From Mustelus asterias (Eukaryota), in contig NC_135806.1 of NCBI RefSeq assembly GCF_964213995.1, positions 21,328,001 through 21,392,000 of the forward strand: a stretch of 64,000 nt of DNA, given 5' to 3'. How positions within the stretch are numbered: the stretch's first letter is position 1; each line of letters opens with the position of its first letter. The translations under genes and the position numbers were made by a program. The notes beneath the pieces were generated by a model. It was not told the origin of the DNA, ran no database searches, and saw nothing but the letters and a program-made list of their open reading frames with translations. Below, one piece after another: positions 50,971 to 61,774 of the stretch.

Positions 50971-51544
50971 CTTTGACAATGAAGACCTGCCTAATTTTAT
51001 CAAGGATGTTTTTTATATATTATAACTTACCTGTTAAGGTTGACTGCCACATATCAGTCATTTATAGCCAAGCTGAGCTGCAAAAAAAAGATGCAATGTT
51101 TCTTTCCATTTGTACACAAGAGAGAAAATAATTTTTAAAATGTGCTGATAGTGTTGGATAAAAAATAAGGGGAAGAAATAAGGAGTATAATCATTGGCAT
51201 GGACCAGTTGAGTCAAATAGTCTGTTTGTGTGATGTACAATCTGTAATTCCATCCATTGCTGCCTTAGCCTTGATTAAAAATTTACTGGCAACATTCTGG
51301 ATCTGATTGTACCTCTTCAATTACATTTGAAAGCTGTCAGCTCAGCTTTGTTATCTGTAGCTCTCTACTCGATTTTCATGTTAGATTATAATTATTGTAT
51401 CAATTGACACGAGTAGAATTTGAAGAACATATCTAAACTCCTACATCTATTTGGTTTTGACTGCCTTTGGTACATGGCTTCCCTCCTACTAAAGGGTGTT
51501 CAAAGTACCTGACCTGGAGAGTACCCAAAATTGATCTATTTTTG

Positions 51545-52330
51545 AATCATTCATGAAATGTGGGTGTTGCTGGCAAGGCCAACATTTATTGCCCATCGCT
51601 AATTGCCCTTGAGAAGGTGGTGATGAGCAGCCTTCTTAAACCATTGCAGTGCATGTGATGTAGGTATACCCACAGTGCTGCTAGGGAGGGTGTTTCAGTG
51701 TGTTGACTCAGCGTCTATGAAGGAATGACAATATATTTCCAAGTCAGGATGGTAAGTGGCTTGGAGGGAAACTTCCAGGTGATGGTGTTCCCATATGCCT
51801 GCTGTACTTGTCCTTCTAAATGGTAGCAGTCATAGATTTGAAAGGTGCTGCCTAAGGATCCTTGGTGAGTTTCTGCAGTGCATTTTGTGAATGGTACTCA
51901 TTGCTGCCACTGTGCATCAGTAGTGGATGGAATGAATATTTGTGGATGGGGTGCCCAATAAGTGGGCAACTTTGTCCTGGGTGGTGACAGGCTTCTTGAA
52001 AATTGCTGAAGCTTCACTCATCCAGGCAAGTGGAGAGTATTCCATCACACTCCTGACTTGTGCCTTGTAGATGGTGGCAGACTCGGGGGAGTCAGGTGGT
52101 GAGTTACTCATTGCAGGATTCCCAGCCTCTGACCTGCTCTTGCAGCCAGAGTATTTATATGGATCATGCAGTTCAGTTTCTGGTCAATAGTAACCCTCAG
52201 GACGTTGATAGTGGGGGTTTCAGTGATGGTAACGCCATTGAATATCAAGGGGCGATGGTGAGATTCTCTCTTATTGGAGATGGTCATTGCCTGGCACTTG
52301 CCACTTGTCAGCCAAGACTGGATATTGCTG
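51545..52330 (-). mobile_element. L2-clade LINE 3' end
   Basis: KCQAMTISNKR, AGQRLGIL and TIYKAQVRSVMEYSPLAW, with tail GATGGGCAATAAATGTTGGCC...ATGAATGA. Confidence 0.85.
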
Positions 52331-52439
52331 CATTTGAACATGGACTGTTCAAGTCATCTGTCCTCTGCCTAGCAGGATCTTTTTTCAGTGAGATGTTGAT
52401 ATTCATCAGTTTTCATTACAGGTCACGACACATTTGTCT

Positions 52440-52880
52440 TGATTCTTTGATGGGCTGTGGGCATCGCTGGCAAGGTTTGTATTGGTTGCCCATCCCTAAC
52501 TGCCCTGGAACTAAGAGAGTTATTGGGCCATTTCAGAAGGCAATTAAGAGTCAATTACTATGGATCTGGGATCACATGTAGGCCTGACCAGATAAGGCCA
52601 CCGGATTTCATTCCCCAAAAGGAAATTAGCAAACCAGGTGGGATTTCACAACGCCAACGATGATTGCATGGCCACCATTACTGAGACTAACTTTTAATTC
52701 CAGATTTGTTAGTTGAACTTAAATTTCACCAGTTGCTGGGGTGGGATTTGGACCCATGTCCCCAGAACATTAGTAAGAAACATTAGTAAGAAAGTCCAAC
52801 GCCGGCATCTCCACCCCAGAACATTAGCCCAGGCCTCTGGATTGGTGATACAGCAACATTACCACAACACCACCTTTACA
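52440..52880 (-). mobile_element. L2-tailed tRNA SINE (diverged)
   Basis: Diverged relative of 5280-5640 in reverse orientation. Confidence 0.7.
52774..52813 (+). mobile_element. 40-bp Penelope-like insertion footprint
   Basis: 14-bp TSD CCCCAGAACATTAG at 52760-52773 and 52814-52827. The insert contains AGTAAGAA and AGTCCAACGCCGGCATCTCCA. Confidence 0.85.
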
Positions 52881-54671
52881 TGTACGAATTTTACTATTTG
52901 ACTATAAAATGAAAGCCATCAGTTTACACGGGTGATTTTAACTTGTTGTCAGTGAAATAATTAAATGAAACAGATTTTCATTATGCTATAAAATGGACCA
53001 AAAAACTGTCTGCTGGAAGGTTGTGAAGCAACTATTAGGTTCGACCTCCAAGGTGATCTTTGTACATGCTTACAAAGCAAATGCACCTCACTCTGTAATA
53101 CATTAATATTCAAGATGCAACATATACCAATGACACAAAAGTAAAACCGGACCAGTAATGTCACATAGCATTGAGATAGTTTTTCAAAGTGACCAATATT
53201 TCAGCAAAAGAATTGTTACGTTAATAATACCTCTAGCAGTTACATAAATTATCTTGTCGGCCAAGTCCTCTCTTCCATCCCTTCAACAGTACAAATGGTA
53301 GCTCTCATTCTCAATGGCTATTAACGTACAATAGTATGAGACACTATGGAAATATTTCATCCACATCACAAAAATGGGAAACAGGAGTATTCTTATTCAA
53401 ACATGTTTAAACTCTGCTCCTCTGCCACAAGATGGAGACAATTCAAGAATGCTCCAAAAACCAAATTCAAAATCCAATTGAATTCAATTCAAGGTCCCCA
53501 CAAGAGAGGCAAACAAGATTCAAGCTGACACGATGATGCATTGCACCCCATCTTGGGACTGATCTTTGCCAAAATAATTTTCTCTGCTCTGGGCAAGAAG
53601 AAAATACCTTGATGGTTTTCACAGCGTGATTTGACAGTAGTTACAATTACTGCATTCCTGAATCTGGGAGTCGGTGAGGAGGGGGGGGGGGGGGGGTTGT
53701 TAAGCAGGGGTTGGGCAAAAGTTATTTTTCCTCCCAAATCCATACATGGTCTTTTGATGTGAGCAGAAGTTTACCAACTTTGAAGACCTTCACTGGAATT
53801 CCATTGAGTTCACGGGTTTTGTTGTTTTTCATCCATTTCAATGGCTTTTACAGCTCTCCATCAGTAGAGTTGCACCCATGGATTCTCCCACAGTGCACTG
53901 GCGGCTGGCTTACAGTGTCTTAGCTGCCACTGTGGATTCCTGGTTGAGGAGTTGGTGAATGTTCTCTCCAGCATTGAAGAATGGCATTGTCACCTGTAAG
54001 AATCGGAACACCATCCTGTGTGAGTGACAGGGGTTTTGTCCATTTGGTCTTGTATGGTCCTGGATGGATTAAAAAAAACTTCATATATCATGATAGTCAA
54101 AATATTGTTGGGTCTCTTGGGATTTCTCTTCCCACCACATGTCCTTTCTCTTCTGGATTTGTCTTTGGGTATCAGTCTTAACCTGTTCGAATGCAGCCTT
54201 CTTGACTTGGGTTGCTCTGCTGGGCAATGAAGGCTGCTTGGTTTTAGTCCAGGAAATGTCATACTTCAGCACTGAACTAGTCCTGGTGATGGCAATGATC
54301 GAAGCCAATGATCTGGGCACAGGAGTCTAATATAGCTGACTTTATTTGATCCCACTGTTTTGGAATAGAGTTGGATGTGTGAAAATATTCCAGATTGGTT
54401 ATGAGCTGGTCTTAGAATTCCTCTCTTTAACCAGAATGCTTGGGTTTGGACATTGATCTTTTTCCTTTTGGATTTTTGGGCATTGCCAATGTCTAGGTGC
54501 CAGATGGATACTCATCACTGATTAAACAAGTGTATGGTTTCTCCAGCAGACAACAGTCCCCTGTATGGGTTCAGTGGTGATGTGGAGATGCCGGCGTTGG
54601 ACTGGGGTAAACACAGTAAGAAGTCTAACAACACCAGGTTAAAGTCCAACAGGTTTATTTGGTAGCAAATG

Positions 54672-54708
54672 CCACTAGCTTTCGGACCGCTGCCCCATTG
54701 TCAGGTGG
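54672..54708 (-). ncRNA. Minimal type I hammerhead ribozyme motif (core CTGACGA mutated to CTGACAA)
   Basis: CCAC-CTGACAA-T-GGGGC AGC GGTCC-GAAA-GC-TA-GTGG. Confidence 0.7.
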
Positions 54709-54933
54709 AGTGGGAGATGTGCTCACAAACAGGGCATACGGAGAGACAAACTCAATTTACAGAATAATGATTGGAATTCTAATCAAGCTAATCAATGCTA
54801 ATACAGCTAATCAAGTCTTAAAAGGTACAGACAATGTGACTGGAGAGAGCATTAAGCACAGGTTAAAGAGATGTGTATTGTCTCCAGACAGGACAGCTAG
54901 TGAGATTTTGCAAGTCCAGGCAAGTTGTGGGGG

Positions 54934-56035
54934 TTACAGATAGTGTGACATGAACCCAAGATCCCGGTTGAGGCCGTCCTCATGTGTGCGGAACTTGGCT
55001 ATCAGTTTCTGCTCCGCGACCCTGCGGTGTCGTGTGTTGTGAAGGCCGCCTTGGAGAACGCTTACCCGAAGCTCAGAGCCTGAATGCCCGTGACCGCTGA
55101 AGTGCTCCCCAACAGGAAGAGAACAGTCTTGCCTGGTGATTGTCGAGCGGTGTTCATTCAATCGTTGTCGTAGCGTCTGCATGGTTTCCCCAATGTACCA
55201 TGCCTTGGGACATCCTTTCCTGCAGCATATCAAGTAGACAACGTTGGCCGAGTTGCAAGTGTAAGTACCGTGTACCTGGTGGATGGTGGTATCACGTGTG
55301 ATGATGGCATCCGTGTCGATGTTCCGGCACATCTTGCAGAGGTTGCTGTGACAGGGTTGTGTGGTGTCATGGTCACTGTTCTCCTGAAGGCTGGGTAGTT
55401 TGCTGTGGACAATAGTCTGTTTGAGGTTGTGCGGCTGTTTGAAGGCAAGAAGTGGGGGTGTGGGGATGGCCTTGGCGAGATGTTCATCTTCATTGATGAC
55501 ATGTTGAAGGCTCCGGAGGAGATGTCATAGCTTCTCCGCTCCGGGGAAGTACTGGACACGAAGGGTACTCTGTCCACCGTGTCCCATGTTCGTCTTCTGA
55601 GGAGGTCGGTGTGGTTTTTCGCTGTGGCGCGTCGGAACTGGTGATCGATGAGTCGAACGCCATATCCTGTTCTTATGAGGGCATCTTTCAGCGTCTTTAG
55701 GTGTCTGTTGTGATCCTCCTCATCCGAGCAGATCCTGTGTATATGGAGGGCTTGTCCATAGGGGATGGCTTCTTTAATGTGTTTAGAGTGGAAGCTGGAG
55801 AAGTGGAGCATCGTGAGGTTATCTGTGGGCTTGCGGTACAGTGAGGTGCTAAGGTGACCGTCCTTAATGGAGATGCGTGTCCAAGAATGCAACCGATTCC
55901 GGAGAGTAGTCCATGGTGAGTCTGATGGTGGGATGGAACTTGTTGATGTCATCATATTGTTGTTTCAATGATTGTTCACCATGAGTCCAAAGGAAGAAAA
56001 TGTCATCGATGTATCTAGTGTATAGCATCGGTTGA
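54934..56035 (-). pseudogene. PLE reverse transcriptase C-terminal half plus GIY-YIG endonuclease (frameshifted)
   Basis: YTRYIDDIFFLW, VAFLDT, SLYRKPTD, AIPYGQAL.I.RICS, a Cys-rich linker, then NVVYLICC...WYIGET...QRLNEHR, EHF and GLNRD. Confidence 0.95.
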
Positions 56036-56137
56036 AGGATTGATAAAGCATTGATTAGCTTGATTAGCATTCAAATCATTATTCTGTAAATTGAGTTTGA
56101 GTCTCTGTATGTCCTGTTTGTGAGCACATCTCCCACT

Positions 56138-56174
56138 CCACCTGACGAAGGGGCAGCGCTCCAAAAGCTCGTGG
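56138..56174 (+). ncRNA. Minimal type I hammerhead ribozyme motif (GAAA mutated to AAAA)
   Basis: CCAC-CTGACGA-A-GGGGC AGC GCTCC-AAAA-GC-TC-GTGG. Confidence 0.75.
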
Positions 56175-56378
56175 CATTTGCTACCAAATAAACCTGTTGG
56201 ACTTTAACCTGGTGTTGTTAGACTTCTTACTGGGTTCAGTGGTACAGATATCACTTAGATCTTTGACCTGAAAAAGAAACATAATTGATGAGGTGCCAAT
56301 GCTTTGATCTAAGAGATCTCCATATGATTTTGTATTTATTATTCTAGGGAACAAGGGTGTTTCTTATGATAAGGCCAA

Positions 56379-57112
56379 TGTGATGATAGTGGTTTAATTG
56401 ATATAGATACATATATTTTTTATTAAGGGATGTTTAAAATTCAGCTTTATTCTGTAGTGAGTCAGGGTGTCTGGAAAACATTTAGCTCAAGGGTTGTAAA
56501 CACAAGTTAATTGCTCATTTCTGCCAGGAATGTGTTACTTTGATAGAGTTAATGTGTTTTTGTTTACTTAAGTTCTCCTGGGATTTCTGATTAGAGTCAT
56601 GTGATGTGTGGTTTAGATGTAGAGCTGAGTCTGTAGATGGGTCTGGGTCTCTCTGCAGAGGGAAAAAAGGATTTGCAGAAAGCAGTTGCAGCTGAAACCT
56701 GGTTGATGATAAAAGGACTTTGCAGGTTTCTGGAACTGTTTTTTTCTTTGAAAGCTTCAAGACTGTCTACACTCATTATAACAAGTATAGTTGTGGTTGC
56801 TAACTCTATTTAAAGTAGCATTTACGTCTGTAAGAGGAATGTTGCTCGTTTGGAACTGAAACGGTGATAAGTTGAAGTTGTTTCCTTTCATTTGTAAATA
56901 TTGTTCAACTGCTAGTAGTTAAGCCACTTCATTTGTTAGAGTTGTACTTAAACTGTGTTATTAAATAAAGTTTATTTTACTATAAAAAACACTAATAAGT
57001 CAGTGAATGAATGAAGCATCCTATCCTCACATTTATGCCAAGAATAGAAAAAATGTTGGGTTCTAGTCTGACATCCGAACCTAATTTGGTGTTCTGCTCC
57101 AGTACTCTGACA
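56379..57112 (+). mobile_element. Probable solo LTR, 734 bp, nested in the RTE
   Basis: TGT...ACA termini; 4-bp TSD CCAA/CCAT with one mismatch; AATAAA near 56964. The RTE reading CAQH|GLII resumes across it. Confidence 0.7.
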
Positions 57113-57689
57113 CCATGCTGAGCACATTTTGTCAACAAGAGGACACCAATTGATTCAATACTTCCCATTGTTTGTTTTCCAACGTTCCCACTCCACACAT
57201 TGGCATTAAAGTACCCCAGCCGGATGATTTTTTTCATATTTCGGGAAGCAGTGAGGACTTCATAAAAATCAAAATAAGACCTTTCCTTAACACTTCCATC
57301 AGAATCAAGGGTCTAGGCATAAGCATTGATAACAGTGGTATATTGGTTACGCTGAGCCATAGGTGATGTGTTATTCGTATTTCATTTCTACAATTGGGGA
57401 GCTCTGGCAGTCCAAGATCCTATTCTGGATGGCCAAACCAACTGTGTGGACACAAGGGTCAGCGTCAGCCTTTCATAGGTAGTGGATCTGCTGTTTGTTC
57501 CTTCAGCATTTTCTCTCCAGGAAGGCGAGTCTCACTGAGAGAGATGCTAGCAATTTCATAGCTGACGTGATATGATTGCAGTTCTTCATTCTGGACAGTC
57601 ACTCTTAAGATTATCCATTACCTAACATTCTGAGTTTCATCGGTTAAAGTTTTCTTTCTTTGACCACAATGATGGTGATCCCACAAAGT

Positions 57690-59800
57690 TTCATTCCCCA
57701 GCCTGGAGAAATCCTCCCAGAGACACAGTGAGACTTCAGACCTTCCACACAAACTTCCGACATTGTCTTTGTTGTCAGACAAATTCAAGAAAAAATGTTG
57801 AGATCAGCCTCTGGAACAAGTCATTGCATTCATATATCTAACCAAAGCATTTGATGCAGTATATCATAAAGCTTTATGGACTGTGCACTAAAGATTTGGA
57901 TGTCCAAGAAACATAATCCCAATCCTTCAATTGCTTCATGGTCTGATTTGATTTATTATTGTCACAGTGAAATGTACTGTTTCTTGCACGCTATACAGAC
58001 AAAGCATACTGTTCCTAGAGACAGAAAGGAGAGGGTGCAGAATATAGTATTACAGTCATAGCTAGGGTGTAAAGAAAGATCAATTTAATATACGGTATGG
58101 TAACTGTATGACTACAATTGTCTTGAGTGGGAGATCTGAAACTGATGCCTTCAAAGTTCAGACCAGGATCAAGCAAGGCTGTGAAATAACCCTTATACTT
58201 TCCACAACCTACCTGACAGTAAGTTAGGCGATTCACTTCATCACAGATCAACTGCCCTTTGGTGTTAGTGTTAAACACAACCTAGATGGAGAACACTTTA
58301 ACCTCATCTGCCTCTGTGCCAAAACTAAATTGACCATCATGGATACACATGGCCTACAGTTTGCAGATAACTGCAGTGTTATTGCCACTCTACACCAGAT
58401 TTGCAAGCCATTCTCAATTTCTTCAATTCGGCACACAAGAAACTCAGACTTTCCTTGAATGCTGGCAAAACAAAACTCATATCAACTTACATCCGGTCAG
58501 CCAAATATTCTACCTTACATATATGTTGATGGAGAGACTGCAATATGTGCAGCACCTCCCATACCTTGGCAGCCACCTCTCTCAAAAGGCCACCATTGAT
58601 AAAGGAGATCCAACAACAGCTGGGCCAGCTCAGCCTTCTCCAAACTACTGCAGCAAGTGTTCGGCAACAGAAACATCCACAAATCCCCAAGAAGTCCTAG
58701 TGCACAGAGCAGTTGCCATCACTAAATTCCTGTGCTGGTGTGAGGTCTGGTCTCTGTATCAGCAACACAAAAGAGCGCTGGGGAAATTCCATCAGCAATA
58801 CCTTCATCATATCATACATATCAAATGAGAAGACCACTGAACAAAGTTTTAAGTTTAAGTTTTCAAGTTTATTTATTAGTGTCACAAGTAGACTTACATC
58901 AACACTGCAATGAAGTTTCTGTGAAAATCCCCTTGTTGGCACACTCCAGTGCCTGTTCAGGTACACTGAGGGAGAATTTAACATGGCCAGTGCATCTAAC
59001 CAGCACGTTTTTCAGACTGTGGGAGGAAACCGGAGCACCCGGAGGAAACCCATGCTGACATAGGGCAAACATGCGGACTCCATACAAACAGTGGCCCAAG
59101 CCGGGAATTGAACCTGGGTCCCTGTGAGGCAGCAGTGCTGACCACTGGGTCACCAAGAAGTTGCTGACAAAATATCAGTATAAGAGAGAAAAAGAGATAA
59201 TGGATTGAATACAAATTGAGAGGCTAGCTGCTAAAGGCAAGCTGTGCTTGAAGTGGATAAGTTGCCTGTCCGAATGGTTTGCATGCCAGGTTGCTCGATC
59301 TTTTCACAATCTTCTGGCGCTATGAGGCAGCAGTGCTAACCATTGTGCCAGTAAACACTAGTGGCCTCCTTGAATCCATCTCCATAAGCACTCAGACAAA
59401 CCTCCTGCAAAATAAATTATGGTGGACTGGATTCTGTGCCAGACGACTGGGAGCCGTCTCCCCCACCAGGTCTTGTCCTCTCAATTCTCAAATGGCCAGT
59501 GTTTCAGTGGAGGGCAAAGAAAACACAACAAAGATACTCTCCATGGAACATGGCAGCATTGACATGAATGCCTGGGAGGAGCTCGCTACCAACTGTTCAA
59601 TTTGGTGGCAACTTATCCATCAGGACTTGAATTGAGATGTCTGAATGATGAGGCATAACAGCAACAGAAAAGGAAGCAAGTCCTGCATTCTTCATCCCAC
59701 TACCTCGTGGGACATCCTGGCACATTTGCTGAAAGATCTGTGGGTTGAGAATTGGTCTGTTCAGTCACATGGAGACCCAGGGCAAAAGATTGTGACCCTT
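57690..59800 (+). mobile_element. RTE-clade LINE 3' half (RT to 3' end), decayed
   Basis: EILPETQ..FRP, RQIQEKC, LTKAFD, FGCP, GIKQGC, QFADNC, LPYLGSHLS and C-terminal WEELA. Interrupted by a Rex1 tail and a V-SINE. Confidence 0.75.
58850..59153 (-). mobile_element. V-SINE, tail B
   Basis: Full unit on the reverse strand. Confidence 0.9.
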
Positions 59801-60534
59801 GAATTGGCAGACAGCTGACAACACCCTCAGGCCCTATTCTTCGCTCCCATCTCCCAATTAGATGGTTTTGTATCAAGTCATAAATACTACACATTGACTT
59901 ATTTCAGCGCTATAAATATCATAAACAGATTTTAACAAAAACAAGAAAAGTAGACAATGTCTGATGCAAAGTAGGAGTGAAAGGACCAGAAAAGAACAAA
60001 AAGAGACAGATAAATTCAAGAAAGAAATCCAATAATCAGCAACGGAAACACAGCACACACAGCTAAAACAGAGAGCATATCCTTTTCAATGATTAACACA
60101 ATAGGAAACATATTACCAAGGAGAAAGCATCAACCAGCTTACAAACTAATTATTGTTGCAACAAAATTTAGAATCATATTTGAATCATTCCACGCATCGT
60201 TTAATCTGCCATGGGATTAAAAAATTGCATTTCTGACACCTCTTAGTTCCTGGAGTTAATATGCCACTACCAAACGAACAACAGATCACAATGAAAAACT
60301 GGCATTCAATTAAGGAACCATTGGAATACAAGATTTTAATTTTTGTTGCCATAATTACAGTTATTTGGAAAATAAGTGTTTACTTCAATAATTGCAGTTA
60401 TGAAATTTTAAGGTCAGCTGGGGTCATTGCAAAGTACTCCTTTCAATGTTAATGGGGATACAAGTGTATTAATAATACACTTAATAATACATTAATAATA
60501 CAAGTATTATTAACTGTATTGTTGCTACTTATAC

Positions 60535-60820
60535 ATGGTGGCACAGTGGTTAGCACTGTTGCTTCAGAGCGCCGGGACCCGAGTTCGATTCCCGGCTTGG
60601 GTCACTGTCTGTGTGGAGTCTGCACGGGTTTCTTCCGAGTGCTCTGGTTTCCTCCCACAGTCCAAAAACGTGCTGGTAAGGTGCATTGACTATACTAAAT
60701 TCTCCCTCAGTGTACCTGAACAGGCACCAGAGTGTGGCAACTGGGGGATTTTCACAGTAACTTCATTGCAGTGTTAATGTAATCTAGTTGTGACAATAAT
60801 AATAATAATAAATAAATAAA
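60535..60820 (+). mobile_element. V-SINE, tail B
   Basis: Full unit ending GTGACAATAATAATAAT. Confidence 0.9.
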
Positions 60821-61124
60821 CCTTTGCTGCAAGTTGCATTGTTTGAATGTAGCGACATGAAGCCATTTCAATCTGAGCTACACAAGATTTCAACATATAT
60901 GTTGCATTGCTTCAGAGTTGTCCAATAAGTCAGCCTTTGGGCATGTGGCTAATTTGGAATACAGATAGACGTGGCTAATTTAATTTATGATTTGTAAATA
61001 AATGAATAATAGACAACAGATTTTTGTATCCGAATGCTTTGATTACACACGCATATGCTGTGAATCTGGAGGTAAAATGCTGAAATGAAAAGCAGAATGT
61101 GCCAATGTTTATTGATCATTATGT

Positions 61125-61770
61125 GGGCAGAATTTTTGGAAAAGAAATTCTGTCAAACGAGCAAGAAAATGGAAGAGTTTCATTCTTTTTTTTTGGGCAC
61201 GTTTGAAAATACCATCTTATGACACTTACTACAAAAAAAGTGCCAGGTTGCGATTCTCGCCCATGGGATAGGGAGTGGGTAGGAACGTGGAGCCTAAGCT
61301 TGACGATGATGCTGAGTTCTAGGGGCGCCATTACACAGGTGCCCCAATCTCCCAGTTTACTCTGGCTCTGCCCCCTTGGCACTGCCTCTGGCACAGTAAT
61401 GGTGCCCAGTGGTCAGTGCCAGGGTGCTAGGTGGACAGTGCCAAGCTGGCACTGCCCCATGGGCACTGCCCGCCCTATCCCCAAGCACACGGGGGCTTCA
61501 ATGGACTCCGAGCCCCCCAGCAAGGCAATCACATCTGGTCCCTGTTGGTGGGACCATATGTGATTCTCACTGGGGAGAACCTCGGCCGGTGAGATGGTAG
61601 AGGCAAGTGAGCCCGGACGATAGTGTCCCAAACTCGTTAGTGACAAATTGCCTTTGTGGCCTTTTTGGGCGTGAAGCTGATTTTGCCAACAAAACAGTGC
61701 TGGTAAGATTCGGGGAGCGGAAAAATCAGGTGCAGACCTGATTTTTCACCTCCTGCCCAATCTTACTACC
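61125..61770. mobile_element. Harbinger-type non-autonomous element
   Basis: Starts GGGCAGAATTTT. The GC-rich core with TGCC/GGCA motifs resembles that of 42786-43908. Confidence 0.55.
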
Positions 61771-61774
61771 TGGC

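Larger units (their letters stand above)
54579..56230 (-). mobile_element. Penelope-like element (Neptune-like), 5'-truncated, with inverted terminal repeats
   Basis: 13-bp TSD TGGGTTCAGTGGT at 54566-54578 and 56231-56243. About 185-bp inverted repeats at ~54616-54799 and ~56047-56231, with a tail on the left end only. Confidence 0.95.
53555..57660 (-). mobile_element. RTE-clade LINE, inverted 5' half (endonuclease to RT start), interrupted by an LTR and a PLE
   Basis: Reverse strand from 57660: NVR..MDN, SLSETRL, LGYFNANV, GVLLLTKCAQH, WWEEKSQE, GIPVKVFK, RNAVIVT..CENHQGIFFLPRAEKIILAKI. Confidence 0.75.
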
